DNA of 64,000 nucleotides, filler included. It is 4 parts of 4 records of this genome, joined end to end, with 100 filler letters (N's around TTAATTAATTAA, not from the genome) between each part and the next. Parts side by side here need not be neighbours in the genome. Positions count along the whole stretch, not along the records: positions 1 to 8,727 come from SRR31156797_14792; positions 8,828 to 33,407 come from SRR31156797_14829; 2 more parts are not named here. The stretch is one strand, 5' to 3'. The translations under genes were made by a program, and so were the position numbers. Of the stretch, positions 1 through 8,861 are shown piece after piece; the first letter of the stretch is position 1, and each line of letters begins with the position of its first letter. The notes under the pieces were generated by a model, which worked only from the letters and a program-made list of their open reading frames with translations, had not been told where the DNA came from and made no database searches.

Positions 1-154
1 AATCGGAAATTAGATTTGAGAAACGCTATATTCCTGTCCGCCAAATGCCCTTGTATCCTTCCGCCGCGTTAAAAGTTAGGCCATATTAAGGATGGACAGG
101 GCGGATTCTCTCGAATATACTGAAATAAATCAATGCGTGCGGAGTGACGGATAG

Positions 155-1180
155 GTGGAAAACCCTCTTGAAACAACAATTCTCCTTGTTGAATCAGATG
201 CAAAACTGCGTAAAAGTGAAGCTGCTTTACTTTCTGATATGGGATACAAGGAAATACTCCAGGCCGGAAACGGCACCGAAGCCTGGTCTGTTATAAAAAA
301 TTCCGATGTAGGATTCATTGTCTGCGCCTGGGAATTAAGGGAAATGAACGGCCTGGTGCTTCTTAAGGTCGTTCGGGCGGACATCGCCCATTCCATGATC
401 CCGTTTTTACTGGTTGTGGAAGAAGTGACCAAGGCCCAGGTTGTTGAAGCCGGACAGGCCGGGGTCACGGACATCATCCTGAGGCCATTCACCAAGGAAC
501 TGTTTCTTAAAAAAGTAAACCAGACCCTCAGCGCGGAAGACGACCCCCAAACCGCCGAAGCCAACCGGATGTACGATAACGGCCTAGAACTCATGAAACA
601 AGGCGATTACGAAGAAGCGCTGAAATCATTCAAGAGAATTCTCAATATCTACGAAACCGCCGAAGTCTATTACAACATGGGTTATATAAAAACCGCCCAA
701 GGCCGGTACGAGGAGGCAATTGTCGCCTTTCGCCGCGCCACCCAGATAAATAACGCCTTTGCCCAGGCCTTTCAAAAAATGGGCGAAGCCTATTCAAAAA
801 TCGGCCATTCAAAAGAAGCTCAAAAATGTTACGAACAAGCCGCTGAAATATTCATGGATAAAAACATGGACGATAATGCCGAAGCGGTTTACATGCAGGC
901 GTTGAAGGTAAATCCCGGCACGATAAACGTTTATAATTCATTGGGCATACTCTATCGACGCCAGGGCAAGCTGGGCGAATCCATTAAAATGTATCGCAAA
1001 GCACTGAAAGTCAGCCCTTTTGACGAAAATATCCACTACAACCTGGCCAGGGTGTACATGGCGGATAAAAAACTGGATAATGCAGCCGAAACATTAAGAG
1101 CGGCCATAAATCTCAATCCGGATTTTAAAGAGGCTGAAAATCTTCTGAAATCAATAGAAATGGGTAATGGATTAAAGTAA
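155..1180 (+). CDS. Receiver-like (REC) domain plus TPR repeat protein
   Basis: N-terminal CheY-like pattern (ILLVESD...EMNGLVLL...RPF) followed by multiple TPR motifs (AEVYYNMG, YNSLGILY, HYNLARVY). Confidence 0.85.
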   Translation: MENPLETTILLVESDAKLRKSEAALLSDMGYKEILQAGNGTEAWSVIKNSDVGFIVCAWELREMNGLVLLKVVRADIAHSMIPFLLVVEEVTKAQVVEAGQAGVTDIILRPFTKELFLKKVNQTLSAEDDPQTAEANRMYDNGLELMKQGDYEEALKSFKRILNIYETAEVYYNMGYIKTAQGRYEEAIVAFRRATQINNAFAQAFQKMGEAYSKIGHSKEAQKCYEQAAEIFMDKNMDDNAEAVYMQALKVNPGTINVYNSLGILYRRQGKLGESIKMYRKALKVSPFDENIHYNLARVYMADKKLDNAAETLRAAINLNPDFKEAENLLKSIEMGNGLK

Positions 1181-1250
1181 AAGCGGAATTACCCCATCCA
1201 GCCTTATGGGATTTTTACTGTAATAGCGCCCCAACATTCTTTAATTGAAT

Positions 1251-1274
1251 TAGGCGGCCCAGCGGAGCCGCCTA
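1251..1274. terminator. Hairpin between convergent genes, possible bidirectional terminator
   Basis: TAGGCGGC-N8-GCCGCCTA inverted repeat. Confidence 0.5.
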
Positions 1275-1279
1275 TTCCT

Positions 1280-1522
1280 CTACCAGTTCCTCTCCCCCAG
1301 GGAATCTATGCGCAACAAGCGTCTCCTGAATTCGGGGATGACGGATAATACCGTCAGCAATCCGAAAAGAGCAAACGTCAGGGCTATCAGATCCAATACA
1401 AAACCAGCGGTCTCAAAACTCACCAAGGCTAAATGCTGTTTGACTACGTTCATCCGCGCGGCCGCGATAAGCCAACTGCCGATAACAGCAAAAGAACCTC
1501 CGGTAATCAGTCTTCGATACAA
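1280..1522 (-). CDS. Small hypothetical membrane protein
   Basis: 80 aa with two hydrophobic segments. It fills the gap between neighbours and ends at the hairpin. Confidence 0.5.
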   Translation of the reverse strand: MYRRLITGGSFAVIGSWLIAAARMNVVKQHLALVSFETAGFVLDLIALTFALFGLLTVLSVIPEFRRRLLRIDSLGERNW

Positions 1523-1775
1523 CTTTATTAGTGATTTGTTCTTGTTAGCGGCTATTAGAGCGTCCTCCCCCTTATTGGGCTTGTTTCAGCCATCTTCAAA
1601 ATATGAAATAATATCTTATATTTTTGCCGGGTTGATGTCAAAACATTTGTTATGGAATAACAAGCATGACATAATTGAAGAACGACTTCCATTCATACTT
1701 CATGGCCCCGTTTGGCTTGACATTTCATCAGCCAGTGGTTAGCTTAACCACATTAATCTTGGGGGTTTATTTATA

Positions 1776-2378
1776 GTGTTGCCTCAATCAAGCAGCTTAC
1801 TGAACTCGCTGGCGTCGGTAATAGGGATACTACTTACCGTATATATGTGGATCGTGGTAATCAGGGCGGTTATTTCCTGGTTCAGCCCGCATCCTCATAA
1901 CCCCGTGGTGCAATTCCTGGCCAAAGTGACCGACCCGGTGCTCTACCATGTTCGCCGCATACTTCCCGTTACCTTCGGCGGTATAGATTTTTCACCTGTA
2001 ATCCTTATTCTGTTGATAGTCTTTGTTAATGATTTTATTGTGTTTTCACTAAAATACCTGGCAATGGGCATGCCTGCTTCAGGCATATTACCCATTTTTG
2101 CCATAAGCCTGTTCAGGCTTATACAGGGCGTCCTTTTCGCCTTTATGATCATACTTATCGTCAGGGCGGTCTTGTCCTGGATAAGTCCGGATCCCTACAA
2201 CCCGATAGTTCGCTTTGTTTACGGCGTAACCGAACCTCTTTTATACAAATTGCGAGGTCTTTTGCCTTTGGTTTTCGGCGGTATAGATTTCTCACCCCTG
2301 GTTTTGATCGCGGCCATCTATTTCCTTAACTCCCTGCTGGGCCGCCTTATGATGACGCTTGGGCAAGGTCTGGGTTGA
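1776..2378 (+). CDS. yggT: YggT family membrane protein (two YGGT repeats)
   Basis: Two copies of the RAVISW..P.P.NP.V......TDP/EP...GGIDFSP motif. Confidence 0.92.
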   Translation: MLPQSSSLLNSLASVIGILLTVYMWIVVIRAVISWFSPHPHNPVVQFLAKVTDPVLYHVRRILPVTFGGIDFSPVILILLIVFVNDFIVFSLKYLAMGMPASGILPIFAISLFRLIQGVLFAFMIILIVRAVLSWISPDPYNPIVRFVYGVTEPLLYKLRGLLPLVFGGIDFSPLVLIAAIYFLNSLLGRLMMTLGQGLG

Positions 2379-2417
2379 TCATGCCTGCTATAAAGTCAGG
2401 CCCCATGGGCTGGAAAA

Positions 2418-2711
2418 GTGCTTTCATGTCGAGATGACGGGGAAGGGACCATTATTAAGGTTCACCTGACCCCGAAAGCATCAAAAGAAGGATTGGCCGG
2501 CCTTTACGGAGACGCCTTGAAAATCAAAGTCAAGGCTCCGCCTGTTGACGGCAAGGCCAATAAAGCTTTGGTAAAATTCCTGGCCGGTCGTCTCGATATC
2601 AGTTCTTCCAGGGTGGAAATAATTGCCGGACAGACAAGCCGGGCCAAAACGGTTCGTATATCGGATATAACTTCCGAAGAAGTAATAAAACGCCTGGGCG
2701 TTGATTTATAG
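2418..2711 (+). CDS. yggU: DUF167/YggU family protein
   Basis: KVKAPPVDGKANKAL...GQTSRAK signature, in its usual position after yggT. Confidence 0.92.
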   Translation: MLSCRDDGEGTIIKVHLTPKASKEGLAGLYGDALKIKVKAPPVDGKANKALVKFLAGRLDISSSRVEIIAGQTSRAKTVRISDITSEEVIKRLGVDL

Positions 2712-2824
2712 GGCGCTCCCTCGCGGGAGCCTGTTCTCTTGACCCAATATACCGAAATCAATAATTATTAACCTACAGGACTTGATTGGGTATTGTTTGG
2801 CCTGACCAGATAACCGACTGCCTG

Positions 2825-3715
2825 ATGAAAACCTTGATCCTCTCTATTCTACTGCTTGCAGCGGCCGCCGTTGATGACGGGCGTAATATAACAATTATAG
2901 GCCAAAACCTTAATCGGGGCATGGCGGAGTATATAAGGAATCATACGCAAACCGAACTTAATAAACTTGAAAGTGATTTCGGACTGCTCGTTAACGGCCC
3001 TCTTGACATTATTATTGCCGGGACTCATAAAGAATTTAAAAGATCTGCGCCCCACGGCGCTGATATCCCGATTTGGGCCGCCGGAGTCGCTTATCCAAAG
3101 CTCAACCTTATAATCATTAATAAGGAACGAATAAAAGACAACAAGGAAATGGAACGCGTTCTGCGGCACGAGATCGCCCATGTCGCCCTTGGATCTATTT
3201 TTATTAATAAAAGGCCCCCTTTATGGTTAAATGAAGGCTTGACCATGCATCTGGCCGATGACTGGGGAATATCACGGCAGATCGCCATTGTCAGGGCCAT
3301 GGCTTCAGGCAGACTTATTCCTCTTGAACGGCTTGCGGCAGGTTTTCCCGAAAACAGCCTTGACGCCGAAACCGCTTATGCCCAGAGTTATTATTTCCTG
3401 GCCTTCCTGCGCGACCGTTTCGGCGGCAAAGTTGTCGGAAGATTGATAAAGCATCTCGCGGACGGCATTAATTCGAATATTGCGTTTTTTCATGTTACCG
3501 GGATGAATATCGAAGACCTGGAAGAAGATTTTAATAAATGGCTGTCATCGAGGTTTTCAATTTATTGGATAATTACCGGACCTTACGGGTTCTGGGTTCT
3601 GGCTGCCGCCCTATTGGCCGCCGCGGTTATAATAAAGAAAAGGGCTGCCGCCAAACAACTGGCTGCCTGGGAGGCTGAAAGCGATGAATCCGAGGGTGAT
3701 TCTTTCGGGGCTTGA
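2825..3715 (+). CDS. Peptidase MA-like zinc metallohydrolase with signal peptide and C-terminal TM anchor
   Basis: HEIAH (HExxH) followed by PLWLNEG and AYAQS. The ATG at 2825 gives a signal peptide. Confidence 0.85.
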   Translation: MKTLILSILLLAAAAVDDGRNITIIGQNLNRGMAEYIRNHTQTELNKLESDFGLLVNGPLDIIIAGTHKEFKRSAPHGADIPIWAAGVAYPKLNLIIINKERIKDNKEMERVLRHEIAHVALGSIFINKRPPLWLNEGLTMHLADDWGISRQIAIVRAMASGRLIPLERLAAGFPENSLDAETAYAQSYYFLAFLRDRFGGKVVGRLIKHLADGINSNIAFFHVTGMNIEDLEEDFNKWLSSRFSIYWIITGPYGFWVLAAALLAAAVIIKKRAAAKQLAAWEAESDESEGDSFGA

Positions 3716-3956
3716 AGAAATTGCCGTAAGGTTAGGCCTCAAGGTCAGGTACGAAAAGCTGGGCGACGATGAATTCGAAGTCAAATCAGGGAGGTTTCGC
3801 CTGCAAGGCGAAGACGTCATCCTGCTTGACCGACGACTCGATGTAAAAGCTCGCATTGAAGTGATAAGCCGCGAACTTGCCCGGCTGGATTTAACCGGAA
3901 TCTATATTAAGCCCTTTCTCAGAGGATTCCTGGAAGACCGCGACGTGGATCCTTAA
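3684..3956 (+). CDS. Small hypothetical protein with a degenerate ImmA/IrrE-like pattern
   Basis: 90-aa ORF overlapping the upstream gene, with pattern LEEIAVRLGLKVRYE...G.FRL...ILLDRRL. Confidence 0.7.
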   Translation: MNPRVILSGLEEIAVRLGLKVRYEKLGDDEFEVKSGRFRLQGEDVILLDRRLDVKARIEVISRELARLDLTGIYIKPFLRGFLEDRDVDP

Positions 3957-4232
3957 GCCTGTTTTTCCATTCGCAATTCCTGTGATCCCGTAAATAAACT
4001 CCTTCTGTTTCAATCCTATAACCCTAGAGTAAAATAAAATGTTTCCCCGCCATGATATCTATTGCTTTCCTGGCCCGATAGGATGTAAATAGATGCATCA
4101 TTCGCTGGAACTTTATAGTATTTGCTCCCGTCGGTCATTCTCGGAGCTTTTTGTATATGCATTCGCCCCTTGAAATCACATCTGGGTTGCTTTTCTGAGT
4201 TCAGCGGTTCAAAACAGAAAGGAGAACGGTTA

Positions 4233-6110
4233 ATGGAGGAAAGATTTACATTCAAAACCTTGGCCGATATCGAAGCGGTTGAAAAGGTCTCGGTCTATGA
4301 TCGCATAAAGGAAAAAAGCACCTATGAATTGCTGGAAAAGGGCGCTTCATTCGATCCGGATGCAATAGCCATAAGCTTTCTGATGAACGGTGAAACATGG
4401 GATCAGCCGATTCAGATAACCTATAGCCAATTTATAGGTAAAATTAGGCAAACGGCCAACATGCTTAACGATCTCGGCGTAGGCCCGACAGATGTCGTCA
4501 CTTACCTGTTGCCCAATATTCCGCAGACGCATTACGTCCTGTGGGGTGCTGAAACCGCTGGAATCGCCAATCCAATAAATCCGATGCTGGAAGCTGAAAC
4601 CATAAAGGATATCTGTATAGCCGCTGATACCAAGGTCCTGGTTTCCCTGGGTGAATTGCCCGGAACCGATATCTGGGCCAAGGTTGAAGAAATCCGCAAA
4701 GACATTCCCACTCTTGAATACGTTATCCGGGTAATGGGACCGACCGATGAAGCTGAAAAAATATTCGGCTTTGAAGAAAAGGTCGAACAGTATTCAGCCG
4801 ACAGCCTGACTTTTGACCGCCAGATTCAACCCGATGATATTGCATCGCTTTATCACACAGGCGGGACGACCGGGCGACCCAAACTGGCCCGCAGAACCCA
4901 TTATAATGAAATCGCCGTGGCCTGGGATATCCTGGTCGGCGTGGGGGAACTGGGACCGGGAAAATCCTGCATGGTCGGCCTGCCCCTCTTTCACTGCAAC
5001 GGCACCATAGTCACCGGACTCATGCCTTTCTCCGCGGGCGCCGAAGTAGTCATGCTTTCGCCCTCAGGCTATCGTGACGTTAATATTATGATGAATTTCT
5101 ACAAGATAGTGGAAAAATTCAAACCCAAGTTTTTCTCGGCCGTGCCCACCGTCCTTTCCGTCCTGCTCGATGTGCCTGTAGGCGGAGCGGATATTTCTTC
5201 CCTTGAATACCTGATTTGCGGCGCCGCGCCCCTCAGCGTGGAACTCTTCAACCGTTTCGAAGAATATTCGGGCATGAAAATCATCGAAGGTTACGGCCTG
5301 ACCGAAACCGCCGTCGCTTCCGCGGTCAACCCGAAGGACGGCGTCCGCAAGGTCGGCAGCGTGGGCCTGCGGCTTCCTTATCACTGGATTAAAATCGCCA
5401 TCTTAAACGAAAAGGGCGAATACGTAAGAGACGCCGAACAGGGAGAGATTGGCGTGGTCTGCATCATGGGACCGTGCGTCTTCAAGGGCTATGTGGAAGA
5501 TATTCACAATGAAGGCATCTGGATTCAAGACGACTATTTCAATACCGGCGACATGGGACGCCTCGATGAAGACGGTTACCTCTGGCTGACCGGGCGTCGC
5601 AAGGAATTGATTATCCGGGGCGGACACAACATAGACCCGGCCACAATAGAAGAAAGCCTCTACAAGATGGAAGGCGTAAAAATGGCCGCCGCCGTGGGAA
5701 GGCCCGACGCCCATGCCGGTGAAGTTCCGGTGGCTTACGTGGAAGTGCAGGAAGGAGTATCCCTGTCCACGGAAGAACTTATGGATTTCGCAAAAAAGAA
5801 TATCGGCGAAAGGGCCGCTGTTCCCAAAGACATTTTCGTGGTCGACCAGATACCCCTGACCGCTGTCGGCAAGGTCTTCAAACCCGCTTTGAGATGGGAT
5901 GCAACTGAAACCGCCTATAAAAATGAGCTTGAAGCATTGGGCGACATGGTCGAATCAGTGGACGTAAAGGTCGGCGAACACAGCATCCATGGAACCAACG
6001 CCGTCATTACCATAAAAGCCGCATCCGGCGTGAACCATGATGATATCAGGGCGAAAATTCCTGAAATTCTGGCTCGTTATACAGTCCACTATGATATTGT
6101 TGTCGAATAG
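4233..6110 (+). CDS. Acyl-CoA synthetase (AMP-forming, long-chain fatty acid-CoA ligase family)
   Basis: AMP-binding motifs YHTGGTTGRPK, EGYGLTE, TGDMG and GKVFK. AGGAG RBS precedes ATG 4233. Confidence 0.93.
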   Translation: MEERFTFKTLADIEAVEKVSVYDRIKEKSTYELLEKGASFDPDAIAISFLMNGETWDQPIQITYSQFIGKIRQTANMLNDLGVGPTDVVTYLLPNIPQTHYVLWGAETAGIANPINPMLEAETIKDICIAADTKVLVSLGELPGTDIWAKVEEIRKDIPTLEYVIRVMGPTDEAEKIFGFEEKVEQYSADSLTFDRQIQPDDIASLYHTGGTTGRPKLARRTHYNEIAVAWDILVGVGELGPGKSCMVGLPLFHCNGTIVTGLMPFSAGAEVVMLSPSGYRDVNIMMNFYKIVEKFKPKFFSAVPTVLSVLLDVPVGGADISSLEYLICGAAPLSVELFNRFEEYSGMKIIEGYGLTETAVASAVNPKDGVRKVGSVGLRLPYHWIKIAILNEKGEYVRDAEQGEIGVVCIMGPCVFKGYVEDIHNEGIWIQDDYFNTGDMGRLDEDGYLWLTGRRKELIIRGGHNIDPATIEESLYKMEGVKMAAAVGRPDAHAGEVPVAYVEVQEGVSLSTEELMDFAKKNIGERAAVPKDIFVVDQIPLTAVGKVFKPALRWDATETAYKNELEALGDMVESVDVKVGEHSIHGTNAVITIKAASGVNHDDIRAKIPEILARYTVHYDIVVE

Positions 6111-6189
6111 AAACAATATGGAGCAACACCCAAAATCTGTCGATAATATATTAATAAGATCCTGAGCGCCGCCTCAGGCATAAACTCGA

Positions 6190-6226
6190 AATGGGCGTAA
6201 GCATCACGACGATGCTTATGCCCATT
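6190..6226 (+). terminator. Strong hairpin downstream of the acyl-CoA synthetase
   Basis: AATGGGCGTAAGCATC-ACGAC-GATGCTTATGCCCATT, 16-bp stem with one G-U pair and a weak U-tract. Confidence 0.55.
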
Positions 6227-6258
6227 GACATTTTAAAGATGGTATTATACTTACCATC
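6225..6258 (+). promoter_or_regulatory. Putative sigma70-type promoter overlapped by a palindrome
   Basis: TTGACA at 6225-6230 and TATACT at 6246-6251 (15-nt spacer, suboptimal). GATGGTA-N7-TACCATC flanks the -10 box. Confidence 0.45.
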
Positions 6259-6621
6259 CTGTGTGGTTCCCTCGGGAACAAGGCTGAAGGCAACAAAATG
6301 GGCGCCTTTAGCAATAAAAGACGGCAAATTCTTGTCGCCGCCAGGGACGGAAATATTATTATTCCGGTAACGCTGGCTTCTGCTGAGATAATTGGTTAAT
6401 TTACTTAATATGTAAAGTTGATATAGGACAAAACAGGACGGATTGGCGACGAATTAATAAATAACACTATTTCATGTCCGGTTGGATATGGGGCGCAACT
6501 CCATGCAACAAGCATGTTTTAATTATTACGGATTTGTCGGCCGGCATACACCGCGGGCTTTCAAACCGCCCCGGGCAAATGATCGGCGGGGTAATCGCCT
6601 CCCCGATTCCAAGCCGGCTGA
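6254..6621 (+). ncRNA. Candidate structured RNA of unknown family
   Basis: Several nested and long-range helices downstream of a promoter-like sequence in a 560-nt intergenic region (see findings). Confidence 0.35.
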
Positions 6622-6670
6622 ATTATTTGGTTTGATAAAATATATCGGCGCCTTCTTTCGGGAAGCATCA

Positions 6671-7000
6671 ATGAACATAGGACAAATTTGGAATAGAGTC
6701 GAAAAAAAACTGGGTGATCTGGAACAAGGACGAGGTCCACTGGATAAAAATATGTCGGAAGTTCAAAAGGAAATCCTGATACTTTTGGATTTACCGCCCA
6801 ATGACGTTCTTAAGCAGATAAAAACTTCCAGCTCGCCCCGAAAAGCCTTGATTACAAGGCTTATTTACGAGGCCGGCAAAGTAAATGGAATTGATTTTAA
6901 TCGTAAAAAGGCCATAAACGAATGCCTTAACGATTTTGTGGCCGAAAAAACGAAACCCGGTCAAAATCCGGTTAACCGGTCAAGAGACAATATCTCCTGA
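6671..7000 (+). CDS. Hypothetical protein (109 aa)
   Basis: ATG at 6671 after GGGAAG gives a protein-like charged helical sequence, followed by the hairpin GCGGGCT-GAATT-AGCCCGC-CTTT. Confidence 0.6.
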   Translation: MNIGQIWNRVEKKLGDLEQGRGPLDKNMSEVQKEILILLDLPPNDVLKQIKTSSSPRKALITRLIYEAGKVNGIDFNRKKAINECLNDFVAEKTKPGQNPVNRSRDNIS

Positions 7001-7473
7001 TTTTGAAACCGGATGAATGATCCGTAAGCGGGCTGAATTAGCCCGCCTTTATAATATAAGTGAACATGGGAGCTAAACTGCTGATATTCCAGCTTGAAAA
7101 CATATGATTAAACGGGAAGGGCAAAAGACGGTTTAGGCCGGACGCCGTTCCTCAAATATAGGCGATCGAACGCCGCTGAATAATTGGATGATACATAATA
7201 CCCTGATATTGCGCCGCCCGCATGAACCGGACCATTGGCCGGATCATTTATCAGCACTGAACATACATCTGTCGTCCTACCTGAAGCTGTGGATATTCCT
7301 GGATTAAAACTTGTAACAAAACATAGATGATTTTTTGAAAACAGGCGTCTGCCCAATCTTTTTAAGTCGCGCCCGTAAAGCCTTATTCATTTCAAAAAAA
7401 GCCCGGTTGCGGGATTAAAATATATTTATCGGGTCGTATTATGCGCCCGGTTTAACTACAAGGATGGTGGGTT

Positions 7474-8727
7474 ATGGATTATTTGAGTTGGTTGAACGAA
7501 TATTGCCCCGAAAAGCTGGTTGAAGCTCAGCAGGCTGTTTCTAATATAAGAAGAGGATCCCGCGTTTTCATCGGTACTGGTTGCGGAGAACCGCAGCATT
7601 TGATCCAGGCCATGGTCGAAGATAAAAATATCGCCGACATAATGGTTTACCAGATGCTGTCCCATACCCTGGCCCAATACGTGGACGATCCTTCATTTCT
7701 CAAAAGGTTTTCCCTCAAACTTTTCTTTATAAGCTATGCCATGCGAAAGGCCGCGTTTGAGGGAAAAATAGATTATGTGCCGGCCTACTTGTCTCAAATT
7801 CCAAGATTGTTTGACGACAACAGGATCGGACTCGATGTGGCCCTGGTGCAGGTAAGTCCGCCGGATAAATTCGGGTATTGCTCTCTGGGCGTGTCAGTAG
7901 ACATTACCCGCTCGGGCATGGAAAACGCCAAGCTGGTCATAGCGCAGATAAATCCAAAAATGCCTAAAACATGGGGCGACAGCGTAGTTCACGTCGACGA
8001 AATCGATTTCCTGGTATTACATGAAGAAAAAATCGTGGAAAGTCTGCCCATTGTAAAAGATGACGAGGTCGCCCGCCGAATAGGGCACTATGTGTCGGAA
8101 CTTGTTGAAGACGGATCCACATTGCAGATCGGGTTCGGACAATTGCCATATGCAATACTGGAACACCTTGATGATAAAAAGGATTTGGGCATCCACACCC
8201 AGCTTATCACCGACGGATTCCTGCCCCTGTTTGAAAAAAAGGTCATCAACAACAAGAAAAAGACGCTCCTGCCCGACCGGGTGGTGGCCTCGCTTTGCAT
8301 GGGAACGGAAAAATTGTACAATTATGTGGACAATAATCCGATGTTCTATTTCAGATCGTCCGAATTTGTCAGCGATCCCACTGTAATCGCCAGAAATGAG
8401 GGCTTGGTCTCCATCAGTTCGGCTCTCGAAGTCGATCTGACCGGACAGGTTAACTCGGACTCCGTAGGCGGCTTGTTTTTCAGTGGAATCGGCGACCAGG
8501 TCGACTTCCTGCGCGGCAGCGCCATGTCCAAGGGAGGCGTCTCGATTGTCGCCTTGCCTTCCACCGCCCAAAACGGTGAAATTTCCAGGATCGTGCCAAA
8601 CCTGTCCGAAGGTTCCGGGGTCGCCACAACCAGGGGCGATGTCAACTTTGTGGTCACCGAATACGGCATTGCCGACCTCAAGGGAAAGAGCATCTATCAG
8701 CGGGTCATGGAACTGGCCCAGATCGCC
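7474..8727 (+). CDS. Acetyl-CoA hydrolase/transferase family protein, truncated by contig end
   Basis: GTGCGEPQ, LGVSVD, TLQIGFG, GIGDQVDF and VVTEYGIA motifs. It runs into the linker. Confidence 0.92.
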
Positions 8728-8827
8728 NNNNNNNNNNNNNNNNNNNNNNNNNNNNNNNNNNNNNNNNNNNNTTAATTAATTAANNNNNNNNNNNNNNNNN
8801 NNNNNNNNNNNNNNNNNNNNNNNNNNN
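8728..8827. other. Artificial contig linker
   Basis: N44-TTAATTAATTAA-N44, with stops in all six frames. Confidence 0.99.
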
Positions 8828-8861
8828 TGGTCCCGCTGAAAGCGACCGCCGGTAGGCTTAC

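Noticed and set aside
6321-6380. c-di-GMP-I riboswitch resemblance (GGCAAA...GGGACGGAAA)
   Set aside because: It lacks the GNRA-capped P2 and the tetraloop-receptor P3 (CCUAA...UGG/CAGC).
6365-6450. RNase P RNA resemblance (GGTAAC, AGATAATTGG, ACAAAAC)
   Set aside because: The universally conserved GAGGAAAGUCC and CGGCUUA elements are absent.
6529-6612. tRNA-Sec-like anticodon loop (TTCAAA)
   Set aside because: No TTCRA T-loop, no proper acceptor stem and no CCA end.
6482-6670. N-terminal extension of the 172-aa ORF
   Set aside because: It overlaps the structured region. ATG 6671 with a purine-rich RBS is the more plausible start.
7108-7356. 82-aa minus-strand ORF in an intergenic region
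   Set aside because: TTG start, no RBS and no recognisable motif.
8772-8783. TTAATTAATTAA palindrome recurring three times
   Set aside because: It is an artificial six-frame-stop spacer inside the N runs, not a biological repeat.
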